Of a stretch of DNA of 64,000 nt, positions 23,145 through 32,663 are shown in pieces (positions within the stretch are counted from its first letter, which is position 1; each line of letters begins with the position of its first letter). This DNA comes from Meiothermus sp. (GTDB taxonomy: Bacteria; Deinococcota; Deinococci; Deinococcales; Thermaceae), in the NCBI GenBank assembly GCA_033762915.1, contig JANRLD010000002.1, positions 32,168 to 96,167 of the forward strand, written 5' to 3'. The notes beneath the pieces are model-generated. The model had not been told where the DNA came from. It did not search any database and was given only the letters and a program-made list of their open reading frames with translations. A program made the position numbers and the translations under genes.

Positions 23145-24262
23145 CCCGCATCCTGGCCCTCGCCCGTAAGGAGTTCACCCAGATCCGGCGCGACCATGTG
23201 CTCAGCCGGCTGATCGTCGGGCTGCCGATCGTGATGACGCTCTTGTTCGGCTACGCCATCAACTTCACCCTTTCCAACATCAACTTGGCCCTCTACGATG
23301 GCTCCAGCGACCGCGTGAGCCAGGCCCTGGTGCAGGAATTGCAGAAGGAGAGCCGCTTCCGGGTCGCCTACACCGCCAGCAGCCCCGATGAGGTGGCTCG
23401 AGCCATCCAGGAAGGCCGGGCCAGGGTGGGGCTGCTGATTCCGCCGGGCGCGCTCGAGGCGGTACGCGCGGACAGGTCGGTGCAGCTCGAGGTGCTGGTG
23501 GACGGCTCCGACCCCAACTTCGCCGCGCAGGCCCAGGCGGGGCTGCGCAAGGCCCTGACCGAGGTTAACAGCCGCCTCCTGGCCGGCAAAGTGCTGGCGG
23601 GCGTGGCCACTACCCCGCCCCTGAACCCCACCCTCACCACCCTCTACAACCCCGACAACAAGACCGCGTGGTTCATGCTGCCGGGCATCATCGGGGTGAT
23701 CCTGACCATCTTCACCGTGCTGCTCACTGCGCTGTCCATCGTGCGTGAGGGCGAGAGCCGCACCATGGAGGGGCTGATCGCCAGCCCCATCCAGCAGTAC
23801 GAGGTGGTGCTGGGGAAGATCCTGCCCTACTTCCTGATCGGCTCGGTGGTCGCGGTGGTGGTGGTATCGCTGGGGCACTGGGTCTTCGGGGTGCCGGTAC
23901 GGGGGAGCGTGTGGCTCCTGGGCGGGCTGGTGGTGCTGTTCGTGCTGGGCTCGCTGGGGGTGGGGGTGCTGATCTCCACACTGGCCCGCACCCAGATTCA
24001 GGCCGTCTTTGGCACCTTCGCCTACATCCTTCCGACCATCTTCCTCTCCGGCTTCGTCTTCCCGGTGGCCGGGATGCCCACTTTCTTCCAGTGGCTCTCG
24101 GCCATCATCCCAGCCCGCTACCTGATTGAGGGCACCCGGGGGGTGATGCTGCGGGGCTCGGGCCTCGAGACCTTGTGGATAGACCTGGCCGCGCTGCTGG
24201 TTTTCAGCGCGGCGGTGCTGGGCCTGGCCTCGCTGCGGTTCAGGAAGCAGCTGGCGGTGTAA
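23141..24262 (+). CDS. ABC-2 exporter permease (YbhS/YbhR-like)
   Basis: RKEF.QI.RD, LFGYA, YNP, SIVRE.E..T.E. Confidence 0.9.
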   Translation: MTRILALARKEFTQIRRDHVLSRLIVGLPIVMTLLFGYAINFTLSNINLALYDGSSDRVSQALVQELQKESRFRVAYTASSPDEVARAIQEGRARVGLLIPPGALEAVRADRSVQLEVLVDGSDPNFAAQAQAGLRKALTEVNSRLLAGKVLAGVATTPPLNPTLTTLYNPDNKTAWFMLPGIIGVILTIFTVLLTALSIVREGESRTMEGLIASPIQQYEVVLGKILPYFLIGSVVAVVVVSLGHWVFGVPVRGSVWLLGGLVVLFVLGSLGVGVLISTLARTQIQAVFGTFAYILPTIFLSGFVFPVAGMPTFFQWLSAIIPARYLIEGTRGVMLRGSGLETLWIDLAALLVFSAAVLGLASLRFRKQLAV

Positions 24263-24414
24263 AACCCCTCGAGCACGCTCTTAATCGTACCTTTACTCGA
24301 GGTCGGCAGCTAAACAAACTTAAGCACGGCCTTACTGTGCCTTATCCTTGGGAGGCTAAAGTTAGGCTCGAGGTCGCACATCAGGCGACCGATTTTCCAA
24401 AAGAGGAACTGAGC

Positions 24415-25098
24415 ATGCAAAACGCCAAACGCACCACGCTAAAAATTCTCGGACTGCTGGCGCTCTCGGCGGTCGGGCTTCAGCTCTCGGCCTTCGCCCA
24501 GACCATCGCCGACATCTCCCGCCAGGTGCAGGCCAACCTCGATCGCTCGCCCTGGGAGGCGGTCATCACCGGCAAGGTCTCGCTGCCCGACGGCAGCAGC
24601 CAGGACGCCGAGTTCCGCCTTCAGGTGCTGCCCGGCAAGGATCAGATTACCCGGGTGGAGTTTCGTAAGCCGGCCAGCCTCGAGGGCAACTTTGTGGTTA
24701 TCTCCAACGCCGAGGTCTGGAACTACCTCTTTCTGACCAACCAGCTCATCGTGCAGCCCAGGGCCAGGGCCCGCATCGAGGGTATTGGGGTCAACCTGAC
24801 CGACCTGGGCGACTTCGACCAGCTCACCGAGCGGGTCACGTTGCGCCTGAACGGCGAGGTCGGCACCTCCGGCGGGGCGGCCTGGCGCATCCAGGGCACG
24901 CCCAAAGACGCCACCCAGGGCTGGGCCAGCATGGAACTGCTGGTGCTCAAGAGCGACCCGCGACCGGTCTCGGTGATGCTGCGCGACTCGGCCGGCAAGA
25001 CCGTGGCCGACCTCGACTTCTCCGGTTTCAAGCGCACCAACCTGACAGCTCGAGACCTGCGCAGGCGGCCTGCCGACGCCGAGGTGGTGCGGAGGTGA
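24415..25098 (+). CDS. LolA-like outer-membrane lipoprotein-sorting/carrier protein
   Basis: Signal peptide; RVEF.KP..LEGN.VV....VWNYLFLTNQ; GAGGA RBS. Confidence 0.7.
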   Translation: MQNAKRTTLKILGLLALSAVGLQLSAFAQTIADISRQVQANLDRSPWEAVITGKVSLPDGSSQDAEFRLQVLPGKDQITRVEFRKPASLEGNFVVISNAEVWNYLFLTNQLIVQPRARARIEGIGVNLTDLGDFDQLTERVTLRLNGEVGTSGGAAWRIQGTPKDATQGWASMELLVLKSDPRPVSVMLRDSAGKTVADLDFSGFKRTNLTARDLRRRPADAEVVRR

Positions 25099-25231
25099 GG
25101 CGGCGGGAAAGCTAGAGTCGAAAGGTCGGGAAAGAGTTTCGCGGCCCCTCGAGGGGTTCTGGATGCGGGCGCGGGTTTTCACCTCGCCCTGTTGTCCCGA
25201 GCTTTCGGCCTTCCGGTAAGATGTCGGGACG

Positions 25232-25858
25232 ATGAAGTATCAGGCGGTCATTTTCGACTTGCTCTCGGCCCTGCTGGACTCCTGGAGCTTGTGGGACGAG
25301 ATCGCGGGGAGCCCGGAGGCGGGTCGGAGGTGGCGCAAGGCCTACCTCGAGCTTACCTACGCCACTGGGGCGTACCGCCCCTACGAGGTGCTGGTGGCCG
25401 AGGCCGCCGAGCGCGAGGGGTATCCGGCGGTATGGTCGGAGGAACTGGCCCGGCGCTACTCCGAGCTGAAGCCCTGGCCCGAGGCCCATGAGGTGTTGGG
25501 CCGGCTCGCCGCCAAGGTGCCGCTAGCGATTGTGACCAATTGCTCCAACCCTCTCGCGAAGGTGGCGGTCGGTCAGATTGGCGTGCCCTTCGAGGTGATC
25601 GTGACCGCCGAGGAGGTGGGGTTCTATAAACCCGACCCGCGCACCTACTGGGCCGCGCTGAAGGCCCTGGGCCTGGAACCCGGTCAGGCCCTCTTTGTGG
25701 CGGGCTCCGCCTTCGACCTGGTGGGGACGGCTCGAGTGGGCATCCCGACCTACTGGCACAATCGGGTGGGTCTGAGTCTGCCCCCGGACACTGCGCCACC
25801 GCTAACTACGCAGACCAGCCTCGAGCCACTCCTCGAGTTCGCGGGGGTGAATGCATGA
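25232..25858 (+). CDS. HAD-superfamily hydrolase (haloacid dehalogenase-like)
   Basis: FDLLSALLD, VTN, YKPDP, AGSAFD. Confidence 0.85.
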   Translation: MKYQAVIFDLLSALLDSWSLWDEIAGSPEAGRRWRKAYLELTYATGAYRPYEVLVAEAAEREGYPAVWSEELARRYSELKPWPEAHEVLGRLAAKVPLAIVTNCSNPLAKVAVGQIGVPFEVIVTAEEVGFYKPDPRTYWAALKALGLEPGQALFVAGSAFDLVGTARVGIPTYWHNRVGLSLPPDTAPPLTTQTSLEPLLEFAGVNA

Positions 25859-26985
25859 CCCTGGATCAGCTCGAGACACCGCGCCTGGTGCTCGACGAGG
25901 CCCGACTCGAGGCCAACCTGGCCCGTATGGCGCGGCACCTGGCGGGCCGCGCCGGGCTGCGCCCCCACATGAAAACTGCGAAGTCTGCCGAGGTGGCGCA
26001 CAGGGCCCTCGAGGGGCAGTTTGGTGGCATCACCGTCTCGACTCTCAAGGAGGCCGAGCAGTTCTTGGGTGCGGGCGTTCGCGATCTGCTGTACGCGGTG
26101 GGGGTGGTGCCGGGCAAGCTTGAGCAGGTGGCCGCCCTGCAGGACCGGGGCGCGGACTTGACGGTTGTTCTGGACAGCGCCCAGAACGCCAGGGCCGTTG
26201 CCCAACGCGCCGAGGGCCTGGGGATTCGTCTGCCCGTGCTGATCGAGGTGGACACCGACGGCCACCGCTCCGGCGTGGGGCCGGACGCGCCGGAACTGCT
26301 CGAGATCGCCCGCATCCTCCACGCCCACCCCGCCACCGAGCTGCGCGGGGTGATGACCCACGCCGGCGAGAGCTACAACCGCCGCTCGGTCGAGGCCATC
26401 GCGGCGCTGGCTGAGCAGGAGCGGCTGGGCGTGGTGGGGCCAGCCGAGCGCATTCGGGCGGCGGGGCTCCCGTGTCCGGTGGTTAGTGTGGGTTCGACCC
26501 CCACCGCGCTGCTGGGGAGGAGCCTCGAGGGCGTGACCGAGGTGCGGGCGGGCGTGTACATGTTCTTTGACCTGGTCATGGCGGGCCTGGGGGTGTGCGG
26601 CTTGGACGAAATCGCGCTCTCCGTCACCTGCACGGTGATCGGGCATCAGCCCGAGAAGGGCTGGGTTATCACTGACGCGGGGTGGATGGCCATGTCGCGG
26701 GACCGCGGCACCGCCAAGCAGCCGACCGACCAGGGCTATGGGCTGGTCTGCGACCTCGAGGGCCGCCCCTTCGGCGACCTGATCGTGGCCGACGCCAGCC
26801 AGGAGCACGGGATAATTACGCACCGAAGGGGGGAGAGGTTCGACCTGGGGGCATTCCCGGTCGGCAGGGTGCTGCGGGTTCTGCCCAACCATGCCTGCGC
26901 CACCGCCGCCGCGCACCCCGCCTACCAGGTCGTGCGCAGCGACACCGAGGTGCGGGCGGTCTGGGAGCGGTTCGGTTTTTGGTGA
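25855..26985 (+). CDS. DSD1-family fold-type III PLP enzyme (D-serine / D-threo-3-hydroxyaspartate dehydratase-like)
   Basis: ETP.LVLD, LRPHMKTAK, HRSG, GSTPT, EVRAGVY, QEHG, PNHAC. Confidence 0.88.
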   Translation: MTLDQLETPRLVLDEARLEANLARMARHLAGRAGLRPHMKTAKSAEVAHRALEGQFGGITVSTLKEAEQFLGAGVRDLLYAVGVVPGKLEQVAALQDRGADLTVVLDSAQNARAVAQRAEGLGIRLPVLIEVDTDGHRSGVGPDAPELLEIARILHAHPATELRGVMTHAGESYNRRSVEAIAALAEQERLGVVGPAERIRAAGLPCPVVSVGSTPTALLGRSLEGVTEVRAGVYMFFDLVMAGLGVCGLDEIALSVTCTVIGHQPEKGWVITDAGWMAMSRDRGTAKQPTDQGYGLVCDLEGRPFGDLIVADASQEHGIITHRRGERFDLGAFPVGRVLRVLPNHACATAAAHPAYQVVRSDTEVRAVWERFGFW

Positions 26986-27117
26986 GTCTGAATCCTCCGG
27001 GTAGGGCCAGGGTTATGATCCGCTCAGCCGGGTGCGGCGGCAGTTCTGGCCCAGCTGAGCGGGGCAGGTCATGCCCGCCTTAGCGCCCGCTTTAGCGTCT
27101 GACTGCGAGAGGTACAA

Positions 27118-27233
27118 GTTGCGCCATAGTGAGATGGCAGGACTTCAGCACAACCGCATCAGCGAGCGGCTTGTGGGCGCAATTGCCCGATCTATCGGTG
27201 AGTGCGGATGCTGCAATTCCACTATGGAGATAC
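27118..27233. mobile_element. MITE family B copy
   Basis: Near-identical to 4169..4281. Confidence 0.82.
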
Positions 27234-27299
27234 TTAAAGGTGGGAACCCCTGCGAGGCCGGGCACAAGGCACTGGCCCCGCACAGTCAAAAGGAGCCCG

Positions 27300-27683
27300 A
27301 TGGCCATCGAACTTGTCCGGCCCGAAAAAGTCTCGCCCCCCAGGGGCCACTACTCCCACGCCGTGAAGCACGGCGGACTGGTCTACGTCTCCGGCCAGCT
27401 GCCCATCCTGCCCAACGGCGACTTCGGCAACGAGCTGCCCTTTGCCCAGCAGGCCGAGCTGGTGCTGGCCAACCTCGAGCACATCCTCGAGGCCGCCGAC
27501 AGCTCCTTGTCTCGAGTCCTAAAGGTCACCGTCTACATCACCGACATCGACCTGTGGGGCGAGTTCAACCAGATCTACGCCCGCCACTTCGGCGACCACC
27601 GGCCCGCCCGGGCGGTCGTCCCGGTGCCGGTGTTGCACCACGGCTTCAAGCTCGAGCTCGAGGCCATCGCGGCGGAGCGTTAG
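27300..27683 (+). CDS. RidA/YjgF family imine deaminase
   Basis: GHYSHAV, YVSGQLP, KVTVY, RPAR, ELEAIA; AGGAG RBS. Confidence 0.9.
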   Translation: MAIELVRPEKVSPPRGHYSHAVKHGGLVYVSGQLPILPNGDFGNELPFAQQAELVLANLEHILEAADSSLSRVLKVTVYITDIDLWGEFNQIYARHFGDHRPARAVVPVPVLHHGFKLELEAIAAER

Positions 27684-27698
27684 GCTCCAGGGCGCAGC

Positions 27699-28361
27699 TC
27701 ACCGGCCGCTTAGCCAGTCCCCGAGGCTGGCCCGGATGCGCTCGAAGTGGCGCAACAGCACCTCGGCCGCCCTCTCGCCGTCGCGGGCCTTGAGCGCGGC
27801 CAAAATTTCCACATGCTCGGCGTGCCCGCGCTCGAGCTGGGCAATGCTGCGGGCGCTGTTTTCCAGCGCGAGGCGCGACTGGTCTTTGAGCAGGCCGATG
27901 TGCCGCTCCATCACCGGGTTGTGGCTCAGGCTGCCCAGCAGCTTGTGGAAGTGCAGGTCGGTCTGCTGGTAGCCCTCGAGGTCGTTGCGCTTGACCTGGA
28001 GGGCCTGCTCCTCAAGAAGCTTGCGCAGGGCCTCCAGGTCGTCTCGGGTAGCCCTGCCGGCCCCCAGCCGCACCGACGCCACCTCGAGGGCCTCCCGCAC
28101 CTCGAAGATGTGCGCCACATCTTGTAGGCCGAACTCGGCCACCAGCACCCCGCGCCGAGGCAGCTCGACCGCCAGCCCCTCGGCCACCAGTTGCAGGATG
28201 GCCTCGCGCACCGGGCTGCGCGAGACGCCGAGCTGCCTCGAGAGCTCCGGTACGCTGAGCTTCTGGCCGGGGGCCAGCCTGCCCTCCAGGATGGCGTCGC
28301 GCAGTGCGCCCCGCACCGTGTCCACTACGCGGGTCTGATTCTGAATCAAGTTCAGCTCCAT
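27699..28361 (-). CDS. GntR/FCD-family transcriptional regulator
   Basis: L.PG.KL...EL...LGVSRSPVREA; D..FH and EH..I FCD motifs. Confidence 0.9.
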   Translation of the reverse strand: MELNLIQNQTRVVDTVRGALRDAILEGRLAPGQKLSVPELSRQLGVSRSPVREAILQLVAEGLAVELPRRGVLVAEFGLQDVAHIFEVREALEVASVRLGAGRATRDDLEALRKLLEEQALQVKRNDLEGYQQTDLHFHKLLGSLSHNPVMERHIGLLKDQSRLALENSARSIAQLERGHAEHVEILAALKARDGERAAEVLLRHFERIRASLGDWLSGR

Positions 28362-28516
28362 GCTCGAGTAAAACCTATCCAATCCTCTCGAGGGGCAATT
28401 GTGGTATACGACCCTATTACATTTTACATGTAGAACCGTATACTCCCACAAGTCTGTCTCAAACCAAACCTCAGGTCTTTATGGGAGCGCAGGCTTAACG
28501 TTGTCTGGAGGAACGA

Positions 28517-29515
28517 ATGAAGAGAGTTTTGGCAGCAGTTCTAGCACTGGGCGCTCTGGCAGGCACTGCCGTGGCCCAAAAGCCCAACATCGTGATTGGT
28601 ACCGGCAGCACCGGCGGGGTCTTCTTCTTCTACGGGCAGAGCCTGGCCGACATCCTCAACCGTGCGGGCGTGGCCAACGCCCAGGCCACCCAGACCGGCG
28701 GCTCCTACGACAACATCCTGCTGCTTCGTGACCGCACCGATGCGGGGAGCAATACCTTCTACTGCGCCCTCACCACCACCGACGCCGCGCTGGTCACCTA
28801 CCAGGGCACCGAGCCGCGCTTCACCCAGCGCAAGGCCGATACCCAGCGGGTGATGTTCTACATGTACCCCAGCCTGATCCACGTGGTCACCACCAGCGCC
28901 ACCGGCATCAACTCCTTCGACGACCTGAAGGGCAAGCGGGTCTCGACCGGCCAGCCCGGCTCCTCGACCGAGAACCTGGCGCTGCTCTTGCTTGAGGGCG
29001 CGGGCATCAAGCCCGATCAGTTTAGCCGCCGCGAGCGCCTGCCCGCCGCTGAGTCGGCCCGCGCGCTTTCCGAGGGCACCATCGACGCCTACTTCTGGGT
29101 GGGCGGGGTGCCCACCAGCAGTGTGGTCGAGGTGAGCCAGTCCTTGCAGCGCCGGGGCCAACGCCTGGTCTTCCTGGACGTGCCCCCCCAGGGCCCCATC
29201 ACCAACTTCATGCGCCAGAAGTTCCCCGGCGTGGTGCAGCCCACCACCATCCCCGCCGCCACCTACGGTACCGCCGCCGCCGTGCTGGGCCTGAACACCG
29301 GCAACGTGCTGACCTGCCCCTCCTCGATGCCCGAGCCCCTGGCCTACGCCGTCACCAAGGCCGTCTTCGACAACATCAACACCCTTCGCACCGCCGTGGC
29401 CGCCGCCCGCGACACCACTCCCCAGGCCACGGCCCGCATCTACAGCCCCCGCGCCGCCGTGCCCTTCCACCCCGGAGCGGTGCGCTACTGGCGCGAGACC
29501 GGCGCGATTAAGTAA
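28517..29515 (+). CDS. TAXI-family TRAP solute-binding protein
   Basis: IGTGSTGGVFF, TGGS.DN, DLKGKRVSTG.PGS, PFHPGA.RY. Confidence 0.92.
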   Translation: MKRVLAAVLALGALAGTAVAQKPNIVIGTGSTGGVFFFYGQSLADILNRAGVANAQATQTGGSYDNILLLRDRTDAGSNTFYCALTTTDAALVTYQGTEPRFTQRKADTQRVMFYMYPSLIHVVTTSATGINSFDDLKGKRVSTGQPGSSTENLALLLLEGAGIKPDQFSRRERLPAAESARALSEGTIDAYFWVGGVPTSSVVEVSQSLQRRGQRLVFLDVPPQGPITNFMRQKFPGVVQPTTIPAATYGTAAAVLGLNTGNVLTCPSSMPEPLAYAVTKAVFDNINTLRTAVAAARDTTPQATARIYSPRAAVPFHPGAVRYWRETGAIK

Positions 29516-29533
29516 GACTCGAGTCCTAACTGA

Positions 29534-29609
29534 AGGCTGTTAGCAATTAGCAATTAGCTGTTAGCTTGTGGTTCTGGCTAACCGCTAACTGCTAGCAGCT
29601 AGCAGCCCT
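29534..29609. repeat. Opposed heptamer arrays (TTAGCWN x4 / GCTARCN x4) forming a long hairpin
   Basis: TTAGCAA TTAGCAA TTAGCTG TTAGCTT ... GCTAACC GCTAACT GCTAGCA GCTAGCA. Confidence 0.75.
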
Positions 29610-29627
29610 TTCCATAAAGGGGGCCGC

Positions 29628-31991
29628 ATGGAGTTAGCCCAAGAGAAACCACCGAACAACTGGCTCACCAAGATTACAAACTGGGTGCTGTTGATCGCGG
29701 GGCTGTACAGCGTCTATCAGGTGCTGCACCCCTACACGATCTTCAGCAGCCGGGAAATCCTGATCTTCGACATCGTGCAGATCGAGCGGGCCGCGCACGT
29801 GTTCTTGCTGCTGTTCGCGGGCTACCTGGTGGCCTCGCAGCAGAAGGGCGTGCGAACGCTGGGGTCGTGGTTCTTCGTGGCCTTTACGCTGGTGCCGCTG
29901 TACGCGTTCTGGCAGATTAAGCAGCCGGGCCTCGAGATCAAGCTCCTGGTCACGGTGGTGTGGGCTTTCGCGATTCTTCCCGCGCTGCTGCCGCAGTACC
30001 GCCGCTACGCCGACATCGTGGCGGCGCTGTTCGCGATTGCGCCGTTTGTCTACCAACTCCTGTTCTACGAGCAACTGGTCTACCGCGCGGTGATCCCCGA
30101 GGTCTGGGACATCGCCATGTCCTTCAGCCTGATCATGCTGGTGCTGGGGATGGTCTACCGCTTCATCGGCCCGATCATGCCCATGCTGGTGCTGGTCTTC
30201 CTGATCTACAACCTCTACGGGCGCTTCTTGCCGCAGGGCTCGGCCTTCTTCACCCCCGGCGTGGCCTTCGACCAGATGCTGGGCAAGATGTACAACGAGA
30301 CCGAGGCGGGCATCTACGGCCTGATTACCGGGGTCTCGGCCAAGTACCTGGTCTACTTCACCATCCTTTCCGGCATGATCGGCGCCCTGGGTCTGGGCAA
30401 GATCGTGGCCAATGTGGCCCTGGCCATGGTGGGGCGCAGCCCGCAGACGCCCGGCCGGGTGACCGGGCTGGCCTCGGTCTTCATGGGCATGTTCAGCGGC
30501 TCCGGTGCGGCGGACACCCAGTTCGTCGCCACCATCACCAAGCCCCTCTACGAGAAGGCCAACTACGACCGGATGATCGGGGCGGGGCTGGTCGCCACGG
30601 CCGGCACCATCGCGCTGATTACGCCCCCAGTGCTGGGCTCCATCGCCTTCTTGATGGTGGAGATCCTGCAGATCAGCTACCTCTCGGTGGTGATCATGGC
30701 CTTGGGGCCGTGCATCCTGTACCTGCTCTCGGTCTTCGCCTACAACGAGTTCTACACCCGCAAGGTCAAGCTCCCGGCGGTGGGGGCCGACGAGAAGGCA
30801 CTGGCCAGGGGTTACGCGCTGCGCTACAGCACTATCTTCCTGCCCATTGTGGTCATCATCGTGATGCTCTTCCGAGGGCTCGAGGTCTCCACCTCGGTCT
30901 ACGTGGCGATGCTGACCTTTATTGCCATCACCTACTTCGATCCCACCCTGCGCCCCAAGGCCATCCAGGACGTGATTAGCAGCCCGCACTACCGCTGGTC
31001 GCTGTGGCTGGGGCTGGCGGGGGTGCTGGGCAGCCTGGCCTACGGCTTCGCGCTGATGAACGGCGGGAAGAGCCTCGAGAGCGTGATCATCCCGGTCACC
31101 TCGCTGGTCTTCGCGGCCTTCTTCGGACTGGCCTTCCTGCTGCCCGGGCTGCTGACCGGCAAGGCCCAGGCGGGCATCGCGCCGCTCTTGGAGGGCCTGC
31201 GCGAGGGCTTCCGCTACCTGCTCCCCATCGGCACCGCCATCACCGCCGCCAACCTGATCTTCGCCATGCTGGTGATCTCCGGCCTGCCGGGTAAGTTCAC
31301 CCTGTTCCTCAGCCAGGTCTCGGGCGAGAGCCTGTTCCTAGCGACGCTGGTAACAGCCATTTTCAGCCTGATCCTGGGCATGGGCGTTCCCCCCACCGCC
31401 ACCTACGTCCTCACCGCCTCGCTCACCGCGCCCGCCATCATCAAGCTGGCTTCGGTCAACTTCCAGACCTACGGCCTCGAGCCCGAGCAGGCCGTGCTGG
31501 CCGCCACGCTGGCCACCCACATGTTCCTCTTCTACTACGCCGTGCTGGCCGACGTGACCCCGCCAGTGGCGCTCTCGGCCTATGCGGCGGCCTCGGTCTT
31601 TAACACCAACCCCATTCTGACCGGGGTGTATGCGGCGCGGGTGGCGTTGGCCAAGTATTTCCTGGGCTTCTTCTTCCTGCTGGCCTACACCGGAACCGGG
31701 GTCTTGATACTGCCCATTCTGCAGACCACGCCGGGCCTCGAGGGCTGGCTGATCATCCTCGAGCGCATCTTCTTCACCGCCGCCGCGATCATCTTCCTCT
31801 CGGCCGCCACCGTCGGCTACACCCGACGCCCGCTGGCGCGGTGGGAGAGCTGGGTGATGGGCCTGCTCTCGCTCAGCCTGTTCTATCCCTACCCCAACCT
31901 CTGGATGGGCTTCATCCCGCTGGTGCTCTGCACGCTGTTCTTCCTGCGCGGCGAGTCGAAGCCCAAGGTGACGGGCCAGGCGGCGGACTGA
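29628..31991 (+). CDS. TRAP transporter fused 4TM/12TM permease
   Basis: GMFSGS, TPPVLG, LGMGVPPTATY, HMFLFYYAVLADVTPPV. Confidence 0.93.
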   Translation: MELAQEKPPNNWLTKITNWVLLIAGLYSVYQVLHPYTIFSSREILIFDIVQIERAAHVFLLLFAGYLVASQQKGVRTLGSWFFVAFTLVPLYAFWQIKQPGLEIKLLVTVVWAFAILPALLPQYRRYADIVAALFAIAPFVYQLLFYEQLVYRAVIPEVWDIAMSFSLIMLVLGMVYRFIGPIMPMLVLVFLIYNLYGRFLPQGSAFFTPGVAFDQMLGKMYNETEAGIYGLITGVSAKYLVYFTILSGMIGALGLGKIVANVALAMVGRSPQTPGRVTGLASVFMGMFSGSGAADTQFVATITKPLYEKANYDRMIGAGLVATAGTIALITPPVLGSIAFLMVEILQISYLSVVIMALGPCILYLLSVFAYNEFYTRKVKLPAVGADEKALARGYALRYSTIFLPIVVIIVMLFRGLEVSTSVYVAMLTFIAITYFDPTLRPKAIQDVISSPHYRWSLWLGLAGVLGSLAYGFALMNGGKSLESVIIPVTSLVFAAFFGLAFLLPGLLTGKAQAGIAPLLEGLREGFRYLLPIGTAITAANLIFAMLVISGLPGKFTLFLSQVSGESLFLATLVTAIFSLILGMGVPPTATYVLTASLTAPAIIKLASVNFQTYGLEPEQAVLAATLATHMFLFYYAVLADVTPPVALSAYAAASVFNTNPILTGVYAARVALAKYFLGFFFLLAYTGTGVLILPILQTTPGLEGWLIILERIFFTAAAIIFLSAATVGYTRRPLARWESWVMGLLSLSLFYPYPNLWMGFIPLVLCTLFFLRGESKPKVTGQAAD

Positions 31992-32104
31992 GAGCAGTTT
32001 CCACCAATACTCTGCCCACGGTGCTGCGCTGAAGCGTGCGCTAAAGCGGAGTATTGCGCTCGGTACGGCAAAATCGCCGTGCCGAGCGTTTGTGGGAACA
32101 GCTC
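31992..32104. mobile_element. MITE subtype C inserted at the TRAP permease stop codon (TGA duplicated)
   Basis: TGA-GAGCAGTTTCCAC...GTGGGAACAGCTC-TGA. Confidence 0.85.
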
Positions 32105-32250
32105 TGAGGGAGCAGGGGAGAGCAAAGTCAAGGGCGACTCCCCAGGGCTTGCGGGGTGTGGAAGCGCAAACCACGCCATCCTGCGGCTTGCTTCCCCCCC
32201 CTGATTTTTGCCACAAGCTGATTTCCTGACCGCTCAGCATCCATCGAATC

Positions 32251-32306
32251 CCCAAGGGGGGGCAAGATTGGGCGACCATATGTCGCCTCTCTTGCCCCCC
32301 CTTGGG
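32251..32306. repeat. Long GC-rich hairpin (REP-like)
   Basis: CCCAAGGGGGGGCAAGA..GGCGAC-CATAT-GTCGCC..TCTTGCCCCCCCTTGGG. Confidence 0.7.
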
Positions 32307-32355
32307 CGTTCGGTTTTTGCAAAAAGCTCGGCGATTCTGTTCACTGCAAGTGTCA

Positions 32356-32421
32356 CAGTGGTTCCCACGAATACCCCGCACATCCGAGTCTCTGCGTGCG
32401 TGGTATTCGTGGGAACTGCTG
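32356..32421. mobile_element. Short MITE (subtype D), TCA duplicated
   Basis: TCA-CAGTGGTTCCCACGAATACC...GGTATTCGTGGGAACTGCTG-TCA. Confidence 0.8.
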
Positions 32422-32535
32422 TCAGGGGGGATAGAGTCCAGCCATCCGTATGGCTGATTGCAGAAATCTCGGCGAGCCGTGGGGGATCGCTTTTGACGCC
32501 CTGCAACTTGGGGAGGGTATACGCCAGAGAGTAGA

Positions 32536-32644
32536 GTATCTCCATAGTTGAAATGCAGGAACCCGCCCCGAAACACCCGTAGGGAATTGCGCCAGACACG
32601 TGTTTTCGGCGTTCGCTGGTCTTGCAAATCTACCCTGTCGCAAC
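32536..32644. mobile_element. MITE family B copy
   Basis: Reverse complement of 19902..20010. Confidence 0.82.
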
Positions 32645-32663
32645 TAGAGAACCAGCTCGAGCT

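Noticed and set aside
27129..27299. N-terminal extension of RidA
   Set aside because: Derived from the MITE; the ATG at 27300 has a good RBS
28399..28731. ORF starting MWYTT as a second Thr leader
   Set aside because: Only two Thr codons, no early stop and no terminator; it overlaps the promoter and the TAXI gene
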